Below, piece after piece: positions 1 through 10,799 of a stretch of DNA of 64,000 bases; within the stretch, counting starts at the first letter, position 1, and each line of letters starts with the position of its first letter. The stretch is from the NCBI RefSeq assembly GCF_036321535.1, contig NC_087472.1, forward strand, positions 93,560,001 through 93,624,000. The letters are read 5' to 3'. The translations under genes were made by a program, and so were the position numbers. The notes below the pieces were generated by a model. The model was not told the origin of the DNA. It did no database searches and was given only the letters and a program-made list of their open reading frames with translations. The DNA comes from Camelus dromedarius (lineage: Eukaryota).

Positions 1-1735
1 AGGCCCTCATATCTCTGAGATCCCTGAGGAGGAAGTTAGGAAGCCCTTATCCTAACATAGCTACCCAATGACCCCTCAGGGCTTATAGCATAATTGGGGT
101 TCCCTCAGAACTTAATCAAGTTCTTCTTGTTACTCTTGTTAGAAACTGGGACTCCTCTTTCTGCTGCCTGAGGCTGACACTCTGGTCCAATGCCCTTAAC
201 TTCCTGAGTTCTCACAAGGAGAATTCAGTGGGCCCTTCATCAGATGATTCCTGCCCAATCTCTTTCAAGAATATGCGGGACCCCCTGTTTGGTGTAAGGG
301 ATCCCCTCCAACTTCACTCATGGTCCTCATGTCACCTCCTAGAAGGACCTAGAAGTAGTTCCTCTGATGACGTAAAGCAGCTTTTCTCAAACAAAGCTCT
401 TCACTTTTTTGAAAATGCAGATTTAGAATTCAGGATGTCTTGGATCCAGCCACTCACACCTCATCCCTCCCTGGGCTGACAGCAGTGTTAGGACTCTGTG
501 GGAAACCCTCTCTTTTGAGGTGGGAGGTCCTTCATACTTCACTCAAGGTCCTCACCTTCACTTCTGGGAGGATATGGAACTCTTCCACCTACTGACTTGA
601 CTCCAGAAACCCTGGAAGTGCCATCCCTTTCTTGAATCTCCAAAGGAAGAATTTAGAGGGTGCTTGTCCAGGGCCCACTATTGCTGATGGCAGGGCAGCA
701 CCTTGTGGGGGCCCCCTCTCATTGGATAGTAGATACCCTCATACCACACAAAGGGTCCTTACCTACCTCCTGGCAGGACCTGGGCCTCCTCCCTCTGCTA
801 ACTTTACACCATCCCCTCGGTAACAATTCTATAACATCCCTACGACGTCAGAGGCAGAACTCAGGATGTGTTATATACAGTCACTCCCATCAGGGGCTTC
901 CTAGGCCTGACAGCAGAGGCCCAGGTTCTGAGAGGCCCGTAAGTTCTGAGAGTTTCTCATTTGTCATAGATGACTCCCTTAGATCATACTCAGGGTCCTG
1001 AACTTTACTGGTGGAAGCCAGGATGCCAAACCCTAGTCCAGTGCTGTCGCCTCTCTGACTCTACAGACGGGGAATTCAAAGAGGAGATCCCTGTAAAGAA
1101 TCTCCCAGGGCTTATGTAAGCGGCAGGATTCTGTCAGCATCCCCTCTCTTCCAGTATATGTTTGAGGGGCCCTCAAGTCTCACTCAGGGTTTTTACCCTA
1201 ATTCCAGACAGTGCTTGGAACTCTTCCAGAGAATTCCTTCCTCTGTTCACCTGATATCCCAAGCTCGGACTAATGCCTTCTCCTCTCTGAGAAGTCAGAG
1301 ATGGAAGTTAGGGGAAGACACTTCCATTCACTCCCATATGGGGCTGAGAATAGGGGTGTGGCTCTCGGATGTGAGGGGTGGACTTTGTCTTTTGTGGGTA
1401 GAGGACTCTGGCAGAACTCACATATGGCTCTTCCATTTACTCCTGGGAGACCTGGAACTCATCTGTCTCCTGATCTGAGTCAGGTAGCCTTAAGCCAAGG
1501 TGTTTGTCCTAAAGCATCCCACCCTCCAGTCCCCCATCCCCAGGCACCAGAAGGTGAAGTGAAGGGGTACCTGGACCTAACAGGCAGGCCTGAGCTTTGA
1601 AGTCCTGATAGTAGGCACAGTGTCTGTGCAAGTCCACTCTGTTGTGGGTTGAGTGATGTCCTCAGAACTTCTGAGTCCTTACTTTTACTTCTTAGGGTCT
1701 GAATCCCCTTCCCTCTGCTAGGCTGAGAACAGTGA
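1..1735 (-). repeat. Array of ~8 degenerate MAGE-type promoter/first-exon cassettes (~200-240 bp), 5' region of a MAGE paralogue outside the window
   Basis: Recurrent unit (ggtcctcacctt..ctcctggcag..cctgg..ctccctctgctgacctga..ggccctcac..ggaagt..cagggctgacagcag) with minus-strand donor-like sites near 130, 330, 556 (AAG|GTGAGG), 763 (TAG|GTAAGG), 1000, 1197, 1435, 1682; same unit as 8150-10330. Confidence 0.75.
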
Positions 1736-2189
1736 TATAAAATTTAGTTGGGATTTTGTAATGACTTTGGGAATGACTAGTATGGAACTTTTTTAAAATT
1801 TTCAATTCAATAAGTCATGGTTAAAGCTATAATACAATTTTTGACTCTACATCTACTCATCATTCTAAATTTGACAAAGTAGTGCACCATCTCCAGTGGT
1901 TCTCCAACCACCTTGTAAATGTTTGCATCATAGACCAATTCCCTATTACAGTGTCTGGTGATAACAAAGGCCACCAGACACAGGGGCAGAAAATCCACGT
2001 CATCGTTCTGACAAATCCTTGCTTCTCAAAGAAAAGGTAACATTTAATTGATATATCAGAATTCTTAGATCATGCACCCAGAGGAATACAGGTACTTAAG
2101 ATATCACTGCAGAAATCTCCGTTTATATGGTAGAAGGGCTAAATTAATTTTCTGCTCAATCTATTTAGAAAATAGGGAAATAAAATTTA

Positions 2190-2900
2190 AAATAATAATG
2201 AGGTGATACATTTTCAATCAAAAGTTTGACCAAAATGTAAAAGGTTGATAAAATAAAATACCAATGAGAGCTTAACTTATTCACATACATAAATATATGA
2301 GAAGATATTCTGGTATAGCATTATTGGAATGGAATACCAGCAATATTCATAAAACTTCCTATCATCACATTCTCTCATCTAATTGCACTTTTGTACGTCT
2401 TTCCTATGATAAAACATGTACATTTGCCCAAGAATTGGTGTTCTATGATGTTGATATCAGTTCTATTAATCATGGCAACAAATGGGAAACAACTTGTGTG
2501 TCCATCAGGAAGAGAATGATTAAACTAATTATGGCACATACACCTTTTAGAATTCTAGGGAGTCGTTAAAAGAGACATGAACTATATGTGCTCTCCTGGA
2601 AAGATCCTGCATTCATTCTATTCAGTGACAAGGGCAAAAGTCAGAACAATAAACACACTGTTACACATGTATTTTTAAAACTCACAGTGTATTTTTCTAG
2701 CACAGGTATGTAAGACTAGGCCTGGAATAAATGATAAAATACTACACAGAAGTGTTTTTAATGCATTTACCTCTGGGCAGGGATGAATTTTGGAGGAATT
2801 ACATAGTAAGGAAGATGAATTATGTTTCCTTCCTGTTGTTAGAATGTTTTGGAAACAAGAATTTATGTCCTATTTCCTTTGTAATTGAGACATTTAAATA
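2190..2900 (+). mobile_element. Old L1 (L1ME-like) 3' fragment
   Basis: Degenerate L1 3' motifs, e.g. aaatgggaaacaacttgtgtgtccatcagg, actatatgtgctctcctggaaagatc. Confidence 0.6.
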
Positions 2901-2949
2901 AGAATAACAACAGAAATAGTAACTGTGTATTATTCAGATAAAGTATTTA

Positions 2950-3320
2950 TGAGATGTAGTGGGAAAAGTCTGATTTCTGAATGGCTTAACATAAAATTTT
3001 ATTTCTTATGTGCATAAAATCTGATGGGTGCTGGCACGGGGTCTACATTGTCAGGTGACTCAAGGATCCAGACTACTCCCATCATGAGCTTTCACATATG
3101 AACACAGGCTCTCCATGTTTGCTGCCGAACGAAACAAGAAGCATGGCTTTGGCGTACTGGTTCTCAAATACGTTGGTCTGGAGGTGACAAGCATGTTCCT
3201 GCTCACGTTTCTGTTTCAAGGACAGTCACATGACCCTTCCTAACTACAAGTGGACGGGCAAGTAGTCTCCATATGAACCAAGGAGGGAGAGCAAGACACG
3301 AAGTAAATGAGCACTTGCAG
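2950..3320 (-). mobile_element. Old MaLR LTR (MLT1J/K-like)
   Basis: gaatggcttaac..tttatttctt, gacagtcacatgacccttcctaactacaag motifs typical of MLT1 reverse complement. Confidence 0.55.
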
Positions 3321-3816
3321 ATTTTCCCATTAACTGTTACATGCTCAAAAAAAGAGCAACTATTATACTTTGTTGTGGCATTAGCCCTCTTCATTCCTGG
3401 AAGATTTTCCAACAAGATTCCTTGCAATTCAGCACCTTTCTCTAGTGCCTGTATGTGACCAGTGTTTTCAAATACAGGATCAAAGCAACTTTCAAAAGGA
3501 TCTCATAAATCTCAACAGGGAGGGCGCACCCTTCTTCATTCTTAGCACCTTTGTGCACTGACCTTTTCAGTAACCTCTATAATCTCAATACATCGAGATT
3601 TTTCTTCTTCCTTTTGCATGAAAAAAATCACACTTGTGAGTCTCTGCTACTCACCACTGTTGAACATGCCTGAACACTTACTTGTACAGGTGTCTTTAGG
3701 CACACTCGAAAACCAGGATTTTCTTCTGCGGCAGATACAGACAAGAGTCAGGAGAATGATGGTGATTTTTTTCTTATCAAAGCTGGCATGTGCACCAAGG
3801 AGCTATTTTCTACCTC

Positions 3817-4448
3817 AGTGGTAGAGTCAATGGTTGTTCCACATAATGGCCATACCCTTATCCCTGAAATTTGTGAATATGTTATCTTACGTAGCCAAAG
3901 GCACTTAGCATATGTAATTAAAATTATGAAATGGACCTTCAAATAGGGAGATTATACTGAATTATCTGAGTGGGCCCAATCAAACGACATGAACCCTTAC
4001 AAGCAAAGAACTTTCTCTGGCTGGATGCGGAAGAGAGATGCAGCAGAGGGAAGAGGAGAGTTTCCACAAGAGACAGATTCAGTGTACTGTCTCAGAAGCA
4101 GAAGTCCGTTTACAAGGACGGGGGAGAGGCCTGAGGAACTATGGCAGTTCCAGCTGACAGTGTGCAAGGAAACAGGGCCTCAGTCTTAAAACTGCAAAGA
4201 ACTGAATTCCTTATAGAAGTGGATTCCAAGAGTAATCAGAGTAGGTGTGGCATGCAATTCTTCTTAGCACTTCCCAATAAAAACCCAGACACTGACAGCT
4301 TGATTTGGGATTTGTGTAACCCTGAGCAAAGAAAATAGCATAGCCAACCTGTATTTCTGAGCTACAGAAATGTGAGATAATAAATGTGTGTTGTTGTAAG
4401 TCCCTTACTTTGTGACAATTTGTTTGCTAGCAATAGAAAACCACTACA
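3817..4448 (+). mobile_element. MaLR solo LTR (MLT1D/E-like)
   Basis: gaatatgttatctta..gggagattat..ggaaacagggcctcagtc..gtgagataataaatgtgtgttg..gcaatagaaaaccactaca; near-TSD acctc (3812-3816) / tcctc (4449-4453). Confidence 0.85.
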
Positions 4449-5329
4449 TCCTCCTAAAAAATCAGAGTTTTTAGGAATCCAGCCTCTGCATATGGTTGCT
4501 ACACAGTGATTTCCTTGGTCCTTCTCCATCTACCACTTAGGGAAGAAGCTTTGGTTCTTGGCCACTTAGTTAAGCTCACTCATCAGTATATGGATTCAGT
4601 GGCCAGTCTCAAATAAATCACCAGATTAAATTCTCCTTTCTTACCAACCTCACTGGCTTTCTAAAAATCTCTTCTCTAACTTCAGGGTTATCTTTCAATA
4701 ACCAGTAACTCCTCTGCCAAACCAGACTCTACTTCACAAGCTGATATGGAAAAAAAAAAAAAGACCTTTCAGTACAGTGGAAGCACCGAGAGATGAGCAG
4801 ACACGTGAACTTCACTGCCAAAGTAAACAGCCCCCTGGACGGGGCTGTTGTTATCAGGAGGGTTCCATGGTTGGGGTGGGAAAGACAGGGGTGGGACAGA
4901 CAAGGAATGTCTGCAAGGGTTTGGAAGCCTCTAAGTCAGGAGAAAGGCAGGCGATTCTGAGTTTTCTGTTCTGCTGGAAGCAGAGAGTAGCCTTATGAAA
5001 GGAAACTGGACAGCAGGTCAGGATCCTGATTTTGACAGGGGGAAGACCCAGGGTAAGAGTGATGTAATTCTGGAAGTGCTAGGACTAGGGTAGAGTCAGC
5101 TCTCAAGGAACTCTGGGGCCAGGGGCAGGAGGAGCCTAGGTAAAGTAAGCCCACAACCTCTCCTGAATTCTTTTTAATTTTAATTTTTTTTTATCATACC
5201 TGGGGTTAGTACATTGGCAATAGGGTCCTTGACTTCATTGCCTGAGTGTTGAGTGTAGAACTGAATTAAGATACAGAACATCTGCTTTATTCAAGGAGTG
5301 GAACACTGAAGGGCCCTAAATGAATTCAG

Positions 5330-5530
5330 ACTAGAGATCTAGTCCCAGTCTGATACGCAGGAGCCATGTGAAGTCAAGAAAATTGCAAAGCTCTATGAGG
5401 CTTTCCTGAGCAGTGAGTTTGCTAAGCCATGCTGTGTAGGCCCTCTGGGATGTGTGTAATGTATGAAAGAACCAGTGTTTCACAAGTATTGAGTCTTTTA
5501 ATAATTTGCAGATATTACTGTTATTATTTT
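5330..5530 (+). mobile_element. MIR fragment
   Basis: ctagtcccagtctg..ccatgtgaagtcaag.. core-like sequence ending in attactgttattatt. Confidence 0.4.
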
Positions 5531-6199
5531 TGACCCTAGACCCTACCAAAATCTTCTCTGTGATTGTTTTTCAGTCCAAGAGATACCAGAGAATATAGGG
5601 GAACCCAATGATACAGCACAACAAATCAGCTAACATGATGCTTAGCAAGTAAAACTAAATGATTTACTATATAAGTATTTGAGGGTATGTTACTGTGTGC
5701 ATAGGGGAGTCTTCCCCAGTTGGGTGGAACTTAAGGATTCTACAATTTGTGTAAAGAACCAACTCTTTCCATCCCTTCCAACTGTCCTTCCATCCAAATA
5801 ACCTCTATTTTCATTTATTTCAGTCCCGTTAAAAATCTAGCCCTCACTTGGAGTTTGCCAAATTACACACAAGACAACCTTATTAGGTTTTATTAAATGA
5901 ACTTCAAATGTAGTGGACTCTGTCTTTACCAGGTCAGAGCAAAGATTGCTAGCAGAGTGGCTTCTGAGCATATGCATGCCATATGAGTATCCCCCCTAAA
6001 CTCCCTGGGGATGATGAGCGTAAAACACATAGTTGATATGCTGTACTCAACTACACTGGGAAAAGGACACTGGAAAGGATGCAGGTCACCTTCCGTTCTT
6101 GTCCCAGGTGGAGAATTCTCTTTGGTTTATCCACAACTGAAAAGTAACTGCTTCAAGTAGTTTTCCATTCCAGGGTTTAATCTCTCAAGTCTGGACACA

Positions 6200-6546
6200 C
6201 CTTCTGAGGGTCTGGCCCCTTGCCCACCACCCCCAGAGCCTCATCTGATCCACCTCCCAGTTTACCACAGTGCTGACTCACACTGAAGGACTTGCGCTTT
6301 CCCAAACCCACTTGCCTCAGGGCAGTTACACCTGACTGCTGACTTCTGGATCCTCCCATGTCCTCTCCTCCTTTTGACTTGTCCTTATGTCTTAAGGTGC
6401 ATCGCACCATCTTTCTTACTTGACAGCTGTTGCTAGACTCTGAAATGCAATGGGCAGGATTGGTCTTGTTTATCCTGACATTCTCAGTAGTAGCACAGAG
6501 CCTCTCAAAGAGCAGATGCTCATGGAATGTTTGAGAAATGGATGAG
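6200..6546 (+). mobile_element. L2 3' end
   Basis: ctagactctgaaatgcaatgggcagg..tcttgttt..tagcacagagcct..gatgctcatggaatgtttgagaaatggatga matches the L2 3' terminus. Confidence 0.7.
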
Positions 6547-6566
6547 ACAGTGTACAAGACGTCTAA

Positions 6567-6572
6567 TTTATT
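6567..6572 (-). terminator. Likely polyadenylation signal (AATAAA) of the MAGEB gene
   Basis: TTTATT on + strand, first canonical hexamer I found ~500 nt after the stop codon, followed by U-rich sequence on the minus strand. Confidence 0.65.
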
Positions 6573-7067
6573 ATGATATAATTAATACTACATTCTTGAA
6601 TAAAGTAAGCACATCCAAATATTTATCTCTTAATTTGACAGAACAGACTAAAAATGATGAGGTAATGTAAAAATTTATCACCTTTTACTTTTTTTCTCTA
6701 TTTCTTGATCCCAACCATTTTACTGCAGTTTCTTTCACATTTCCAAGGAAATGCCTAATCCAGTGACATATTATCTTATTCCAATTATCTAAATAAGATG
6801 GAAAAGCTCCCAATCTGTTCTATGAAACAGTAAAACTCTTAAACCTTAAACTCTTAAACATCAATAAATGTGTGACATTATTCATAAACTCAAATTCTGA
6901 AGCTACTTAACTATCTATTAAAAGGAGCAACATTTAGGCCAATTTATCTAAGTTATTACATAGAACAGGAACACAAACACTGTTTTCTCCAGCCCCGCCC
7001 CAAACTTCCACTAATTAGAACGTTATCTGTTCTCTTCAAACACGTAGTAAATAATCTACTTCAGCCT

Positions 7068-8096
7068 TCACTTAGGGCAGGAAAAGCTGTTTGCCATGGC
7101 CCTGGAGTGCACACTGGCCATGGCAGCGGTACGAGCCTTGGCTGCAGCTCTTGCTCGGGCTCTCTCTTCCTCATCTCTCAAAGCCTCTTCATACAAGGAT
7201 GGGAAGGCACTGGGGATCGTATCATTGATCTTGGCCACAAACTCCAGCACTTTCATCTTGCTGGTTTCAGCGTGGGCTCTTGGACCCCATAGGAACTCAT
7301 AGCGGGGAGGATCACTCTCGGGCACCTGGCGGTACTCCAGGTAATTTTCCTGCACCAAATCTTCAGTGATGAGCTTCCTCGGCTCCCCATAGATGAAGTT
7401 CTTCCTCCCAGCATATACACCCATCATATTCAGCACTTCCCAGACTTGCTCCTCAGTGGCGCGGTTGCCCTTCGTGAAGATCACGCCCAGAACAGTCATC
7501 AGCAGACCAGTCTTGGGAATTTCTCTGTCATCACTCAGCTGTGCATCACAGCTTAATTCCAGTTTGTTGACAAGGACATAAGTATTCCTGTTGGGATCCA
7601 CTTCCTTCACATCAAGGCCAAAGACCAGCTCCAAATGCTCAGAGGCTTTCCTGAGGATCTCACAGAAGTGATTCTTGTACACCTGGATTACATTTCTCAG
7701 CATATCTGCCTTGGTAATGGGCTCTTTCACTTGATACTTGTACAGCAGGTAGTACACCAACATAGCAACCTTTTTATCTATAGGGCATTGGGGCCAGTGC
7801 TCAGTGGTATCCTGGGCCTGTGAGGCATTTGGCATTTCCTCGCCTTGATTGTTGGCACCTTCATTAAATCTTATGTTTGAAACAGCTGCAGCTAAAGTGG
7901 TGGCAGACACCTGAAGACTGCTGGGTGTTCCAGTGGCAGGTGGGCTCCAGGGAACATCTTTGAAATGAGGCGATGGCAAAGAAGGGGACTCTTCTGTTGG
8001 TGCAGTGGCAGGAGCATCCACTGGGTCAGTGGGCTCCTCTCGAGCCTGGCGGCGTTTTTCGCGGGCACGAAGCTTACTCTTTTGGCCCCGAGGCAT
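7068..8096 (-). CDS. MAGEB10: Melanoma-associated antigen B family protein, MAGEB10-like (342 aa, MAGE homology domain)
   Basis: Intact ORF: MAGE-B start [22 protein letters not shown] motifs [60 protein letters not shown], Ala/Arg C-terminus; splice acceptor ctctttcttccag| with exon start 8149; placed downstream of a DCAF8L gene. Exact paralogue name less certain than family. Confidence 0.93.
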   Translation of the reverse strand: MPRGQKSKLRAREKRRQAREEPTDPVDAPATAPTEESPSLPSPHFKDVPWSPPATGTPSSLQVSATTLAAAVSNIRFNEGANNQGEEMPNASQAQDTTEHWPQCPIDKKVAMLVYYLLYKYQVKEPITKADMLRNVIQVYKNHFCEILRKASEHLELVFGLDVKEVDPNRNTYVLVNKLELSCDAQLSDDREIPKTGLLMTVLGVIFTKGNRATEEQVWEVLNMMGVYAGRKNFIYGEPRKLITEDLVQENYLEYRQVPESDPPRYEFLWGPRAHAETSKMKVLEFVAKINDTIPSAFPSLYEEALRDEEERARARAAAKARTAAMASVHSRAMANSFSCPK

Positions 8097-8149
8097 GATG
8101 ACTGGCAGCAGGTGGGGGTGTGGGAAAGAGGGTAGACAAGTTCAGTGAT

Positions 8150-10330
8150 CTGGAAGAAAGAGGATGAAATGGTGTTACACTCTTTAGCAAGGAGATACCA
8201 CTTTGGGCTTTATCAATGGTCATCTCTTCAGGTTTCCTTGAGGGCACTGCTCTAGGAACCCGTAAAGCTCCTCTTTCCTGATCAGCCTTTCCCGAGGACT
8301 CTGTGGAAGTGACTAGAGTTCACCTTAGGCTGCAGCTCTCCAGCCCTACCTGGGTCTTACTGAATCTGATACAGGGACTGATAAGTCCAGGCCCTGTGGA
8401 GCCTCCCTGGTTCTGCAGTAGCAGGTGTTTCTTTCAGTTCACATTGAGGGCCATTACCTTGACTTCTGGCAGGACCTGAGGTCCTCTGCTCAGCTGCTTT
8501 GATGCTAACCCCTCATTCCAAACCCCTCACATCCCTGACATCCTGGAGGAGGAACTGAAAGGGAACCTCATCTGAGCACATTTGCCCTGGGACACCCTGG
8601 GATGACGGCAATGAAAGAGTTATGTGGGATCCTCTCCATTCTGGGATAACTAGGATTCTCACTCCTCACTCAGAGTCCTCACCTTGGTTTCTTGCAGGGC
8701 CTGGAACTTCTCCCTTGGCTGACCTTAGACCTGTCCATTTGGAGCAAGGCCCTCACATCCCTGAAAGTCCTAGGAGGAATTTAGGGAGTTCTTAGTTTAA
8801 TATATCTTCACCAGGCACCCTTGCCAAGGATGTGACATCACATGTAGGGCTCTGTGAAACACCTATTCTGTGATGGGTGGTCCTCTCAATCCTCATGTTC
8901 CTTATTGTGGTTCCTCCCCTTGGCTAACTGGTGTCCTCCCTTCTGCAGACTTGAGACCTATAACTATCAGACCAAGGCTCTCATCCACTTGACATCCTGG
9001 AATATGCAGTGGGGGATGGGGCACAGACTCAGTGTGCCAGATCTCTGCAGGCTGTCCCAGGACTGACTACAGAGGAAGGGCCTAACTCTCTGTACCCCCC
9101 TCCCCCAGTTCTCACTTTGACTTCGAGAAGGGCTTAGCTGGGTCACTTCCTTCTAATATGGCCCTCATTTCCCTGTTACTACTGAGGATAAAGTGACAGC
9201 CCTGCTTAGCTGGACACCAGGGTTTCTAATAGGGGTAGTGCTCTGTGCAGCCCCTTTTGTCTTGAGGGAGGAATTCCCTTCAGTCCTTGCTCAAAGTTAT
9301 AAACTTAACTCAAAGCCACCACTAGGAGTCCTTTCTGCTAACCTGATTCATCTAGCATTAGACTAAGGCTCTTATATAACCCCCTTCTCCCCCACTCCAC
9401 CCCCTACCTCACCAAAGGGGGAAGCAGGAAGCGCATGGGCTTTACAGCCCGGCCAGGGGCCTCACAGGGCTGGCCGTAGGGGCAGGGTTCCGTAGTGCCT
9501 CCACTGTTCTGGGGAGGCGGTTTCTCTAAGAACGCAAATAGGGGCATCTATTGACTCCTGGCAGAGCCTGGTACTCCTTCCTCTGCTGGCCTGAGGCAGA
9601 CACCCTGGTCGAATATCTTCACCTACTGGAGCAGCCAGACTGGACATCAGGCGTGCCTGTTCCAGCCACCCGTGCCTGGGGTCGCCCAGGGCTGACTGCA
9701 GGGGCAGAGAGCTGGGGGTGGGGTGGGGTGGAGTGGGGGTCGGGGGTGTGGAGGAGTGGGGGGGTCGTGGGTGGAGTGGGGGGGGGTGAGGAGGTCGGGG
9801 TGGGTGGGACGCCTCTTGGAGCCGGGAGGGAGAGTTCGGCCGATCTCACATTAGGCTCTTCATTTACTCCTGAGAGGCCCTGGAGACCTCTCTCTGCTGG
9901 CTTGGTGCCAACACCCTGGTCCAGTGTTACCATTTTTCTGAGTTCCTAAAAGGAGAATTCCGAGGGCAATACATTCGGTGATCCCTGCTTGGAACCTGCC
10001 AGGGCCGATGGCAAGGCAGGACTATGGGGCCTGCCTTCTATGTTTTTGGTTAGGGGGTCGCTCAAACCTTACTCACTTTCCTTACCTTACGCCTGGTAGA
10101 ACCTGGATTCCTCCCTCTGCCGAACTGATGCCGCTGCTTCTCCCAGACCACGTTCTCGTTTCCTAGGTTGCAGAGACGGAAGTCAGTGTGCGACACATCC
10201 GGGTACCCCTGCCTGGTGCCTCCCAGGGCTGCAGCCGAGGTGGGGCTTGACTCTGTGATGCCCTCTCTGATCTGGTGTGGGTGGTACCCAAAGCCTTCGT
10301 TGCAGAGTTAGGGCTTCCTTTTGGCTCCTG
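8150..10330 (-). repeat. Array of ~9 MAGE promoter/alternative 5'-exon cassettes upstream of MAGEB10 CDS
   Basis: Minus-strand donors AAG|GTAATG (exon end 8458), AAG|GTGAGG (8683), AAA|GTGAGA (9116), AAG|GTAAGG (10086); degenerate copies near 8905, 9305, 9548, 9862, 10318. Confidence 0.75.
9715..9808 (+). repeat. G-rich low-complexity tract (G-quadruplex potential)
   Basis: About ten runs of 3 or more G (gggggtggggtggggtggagtgggggtcggggg...). Confidence 0.85.
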
Positions 10331-10530
10331 GTGCATTGATTAAAGGCGCCTTCCGAAGTAAAACCTCCCTGTGAGCTCTGGACAGTTTCTTAACTTAAAC
10401 CTTGCAGGCAACGGCTCCGCGTCACCGATGTGATATGTGATGAAGGAGCTGCAGCTCAAGGTAGGGGGACCGGGACGAGTTCTGAGCTGTCGGAGAAAAT
10501 GCGTAGTGATGATGGGATCTCGTCGCTCGT
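10086..10530 (-). promoter_or_regulatory. CpG-containing MAGE core promoter with two ETS motifs and probable first exon
   Basis: CGGAAGT 10177-10183 and ACATCCGG 10195-10202; minus strand reads gggtacccggatgtgtcgcacactgacttccg, close to the MAGEA1 core promoter as I recall it; CpG-rich to ~10530; strong donor at 10086. Confidence 0.7.
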
Positions 10531-10799
10531 CAAACAGACTTTGGGGAACTTTCTGTTCATAAGATCTACTTTCTACGGGGAAGGGGCAGATCTGCATAAT
10601 TTTGTGAAACCTAGGTCTTTTGATCTTATTATCTAACATTGCACAGTGTAGTGAAATTCACTTCAATTTTTGACTGTCATTTATAACGAATATATACCTG
10701 TTCTAATAATTGCTGCTTTGTATGCAAGGCTCTTTGTTTTACTATAGTTATCTATATATACCTATATACCAACTTTCTGAAGTCACTTATTCCTTTGAA

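Noticed and set aside
228..1600. Short plus-strand ORFs of 63-113 aa
   Set aside because: Lie in the GC-richer MAGE cassette array; no protein family resemblance
1951..1981. 10-bp inverted repeat gtgtctggtg / caccagacac
   Set aside because: Short, probably within a decayed DNA-transposon fragment; no supporting context
7096..7823. Plus-strand ORFs overlapping MAGEB10
   Set aside because: Antisense shadows of the coding sequence
9551..9949. Gly-rich (+) and Pro-rich (-) ORFs
   Set aside because: Produced by the G-rich low-complexity tract
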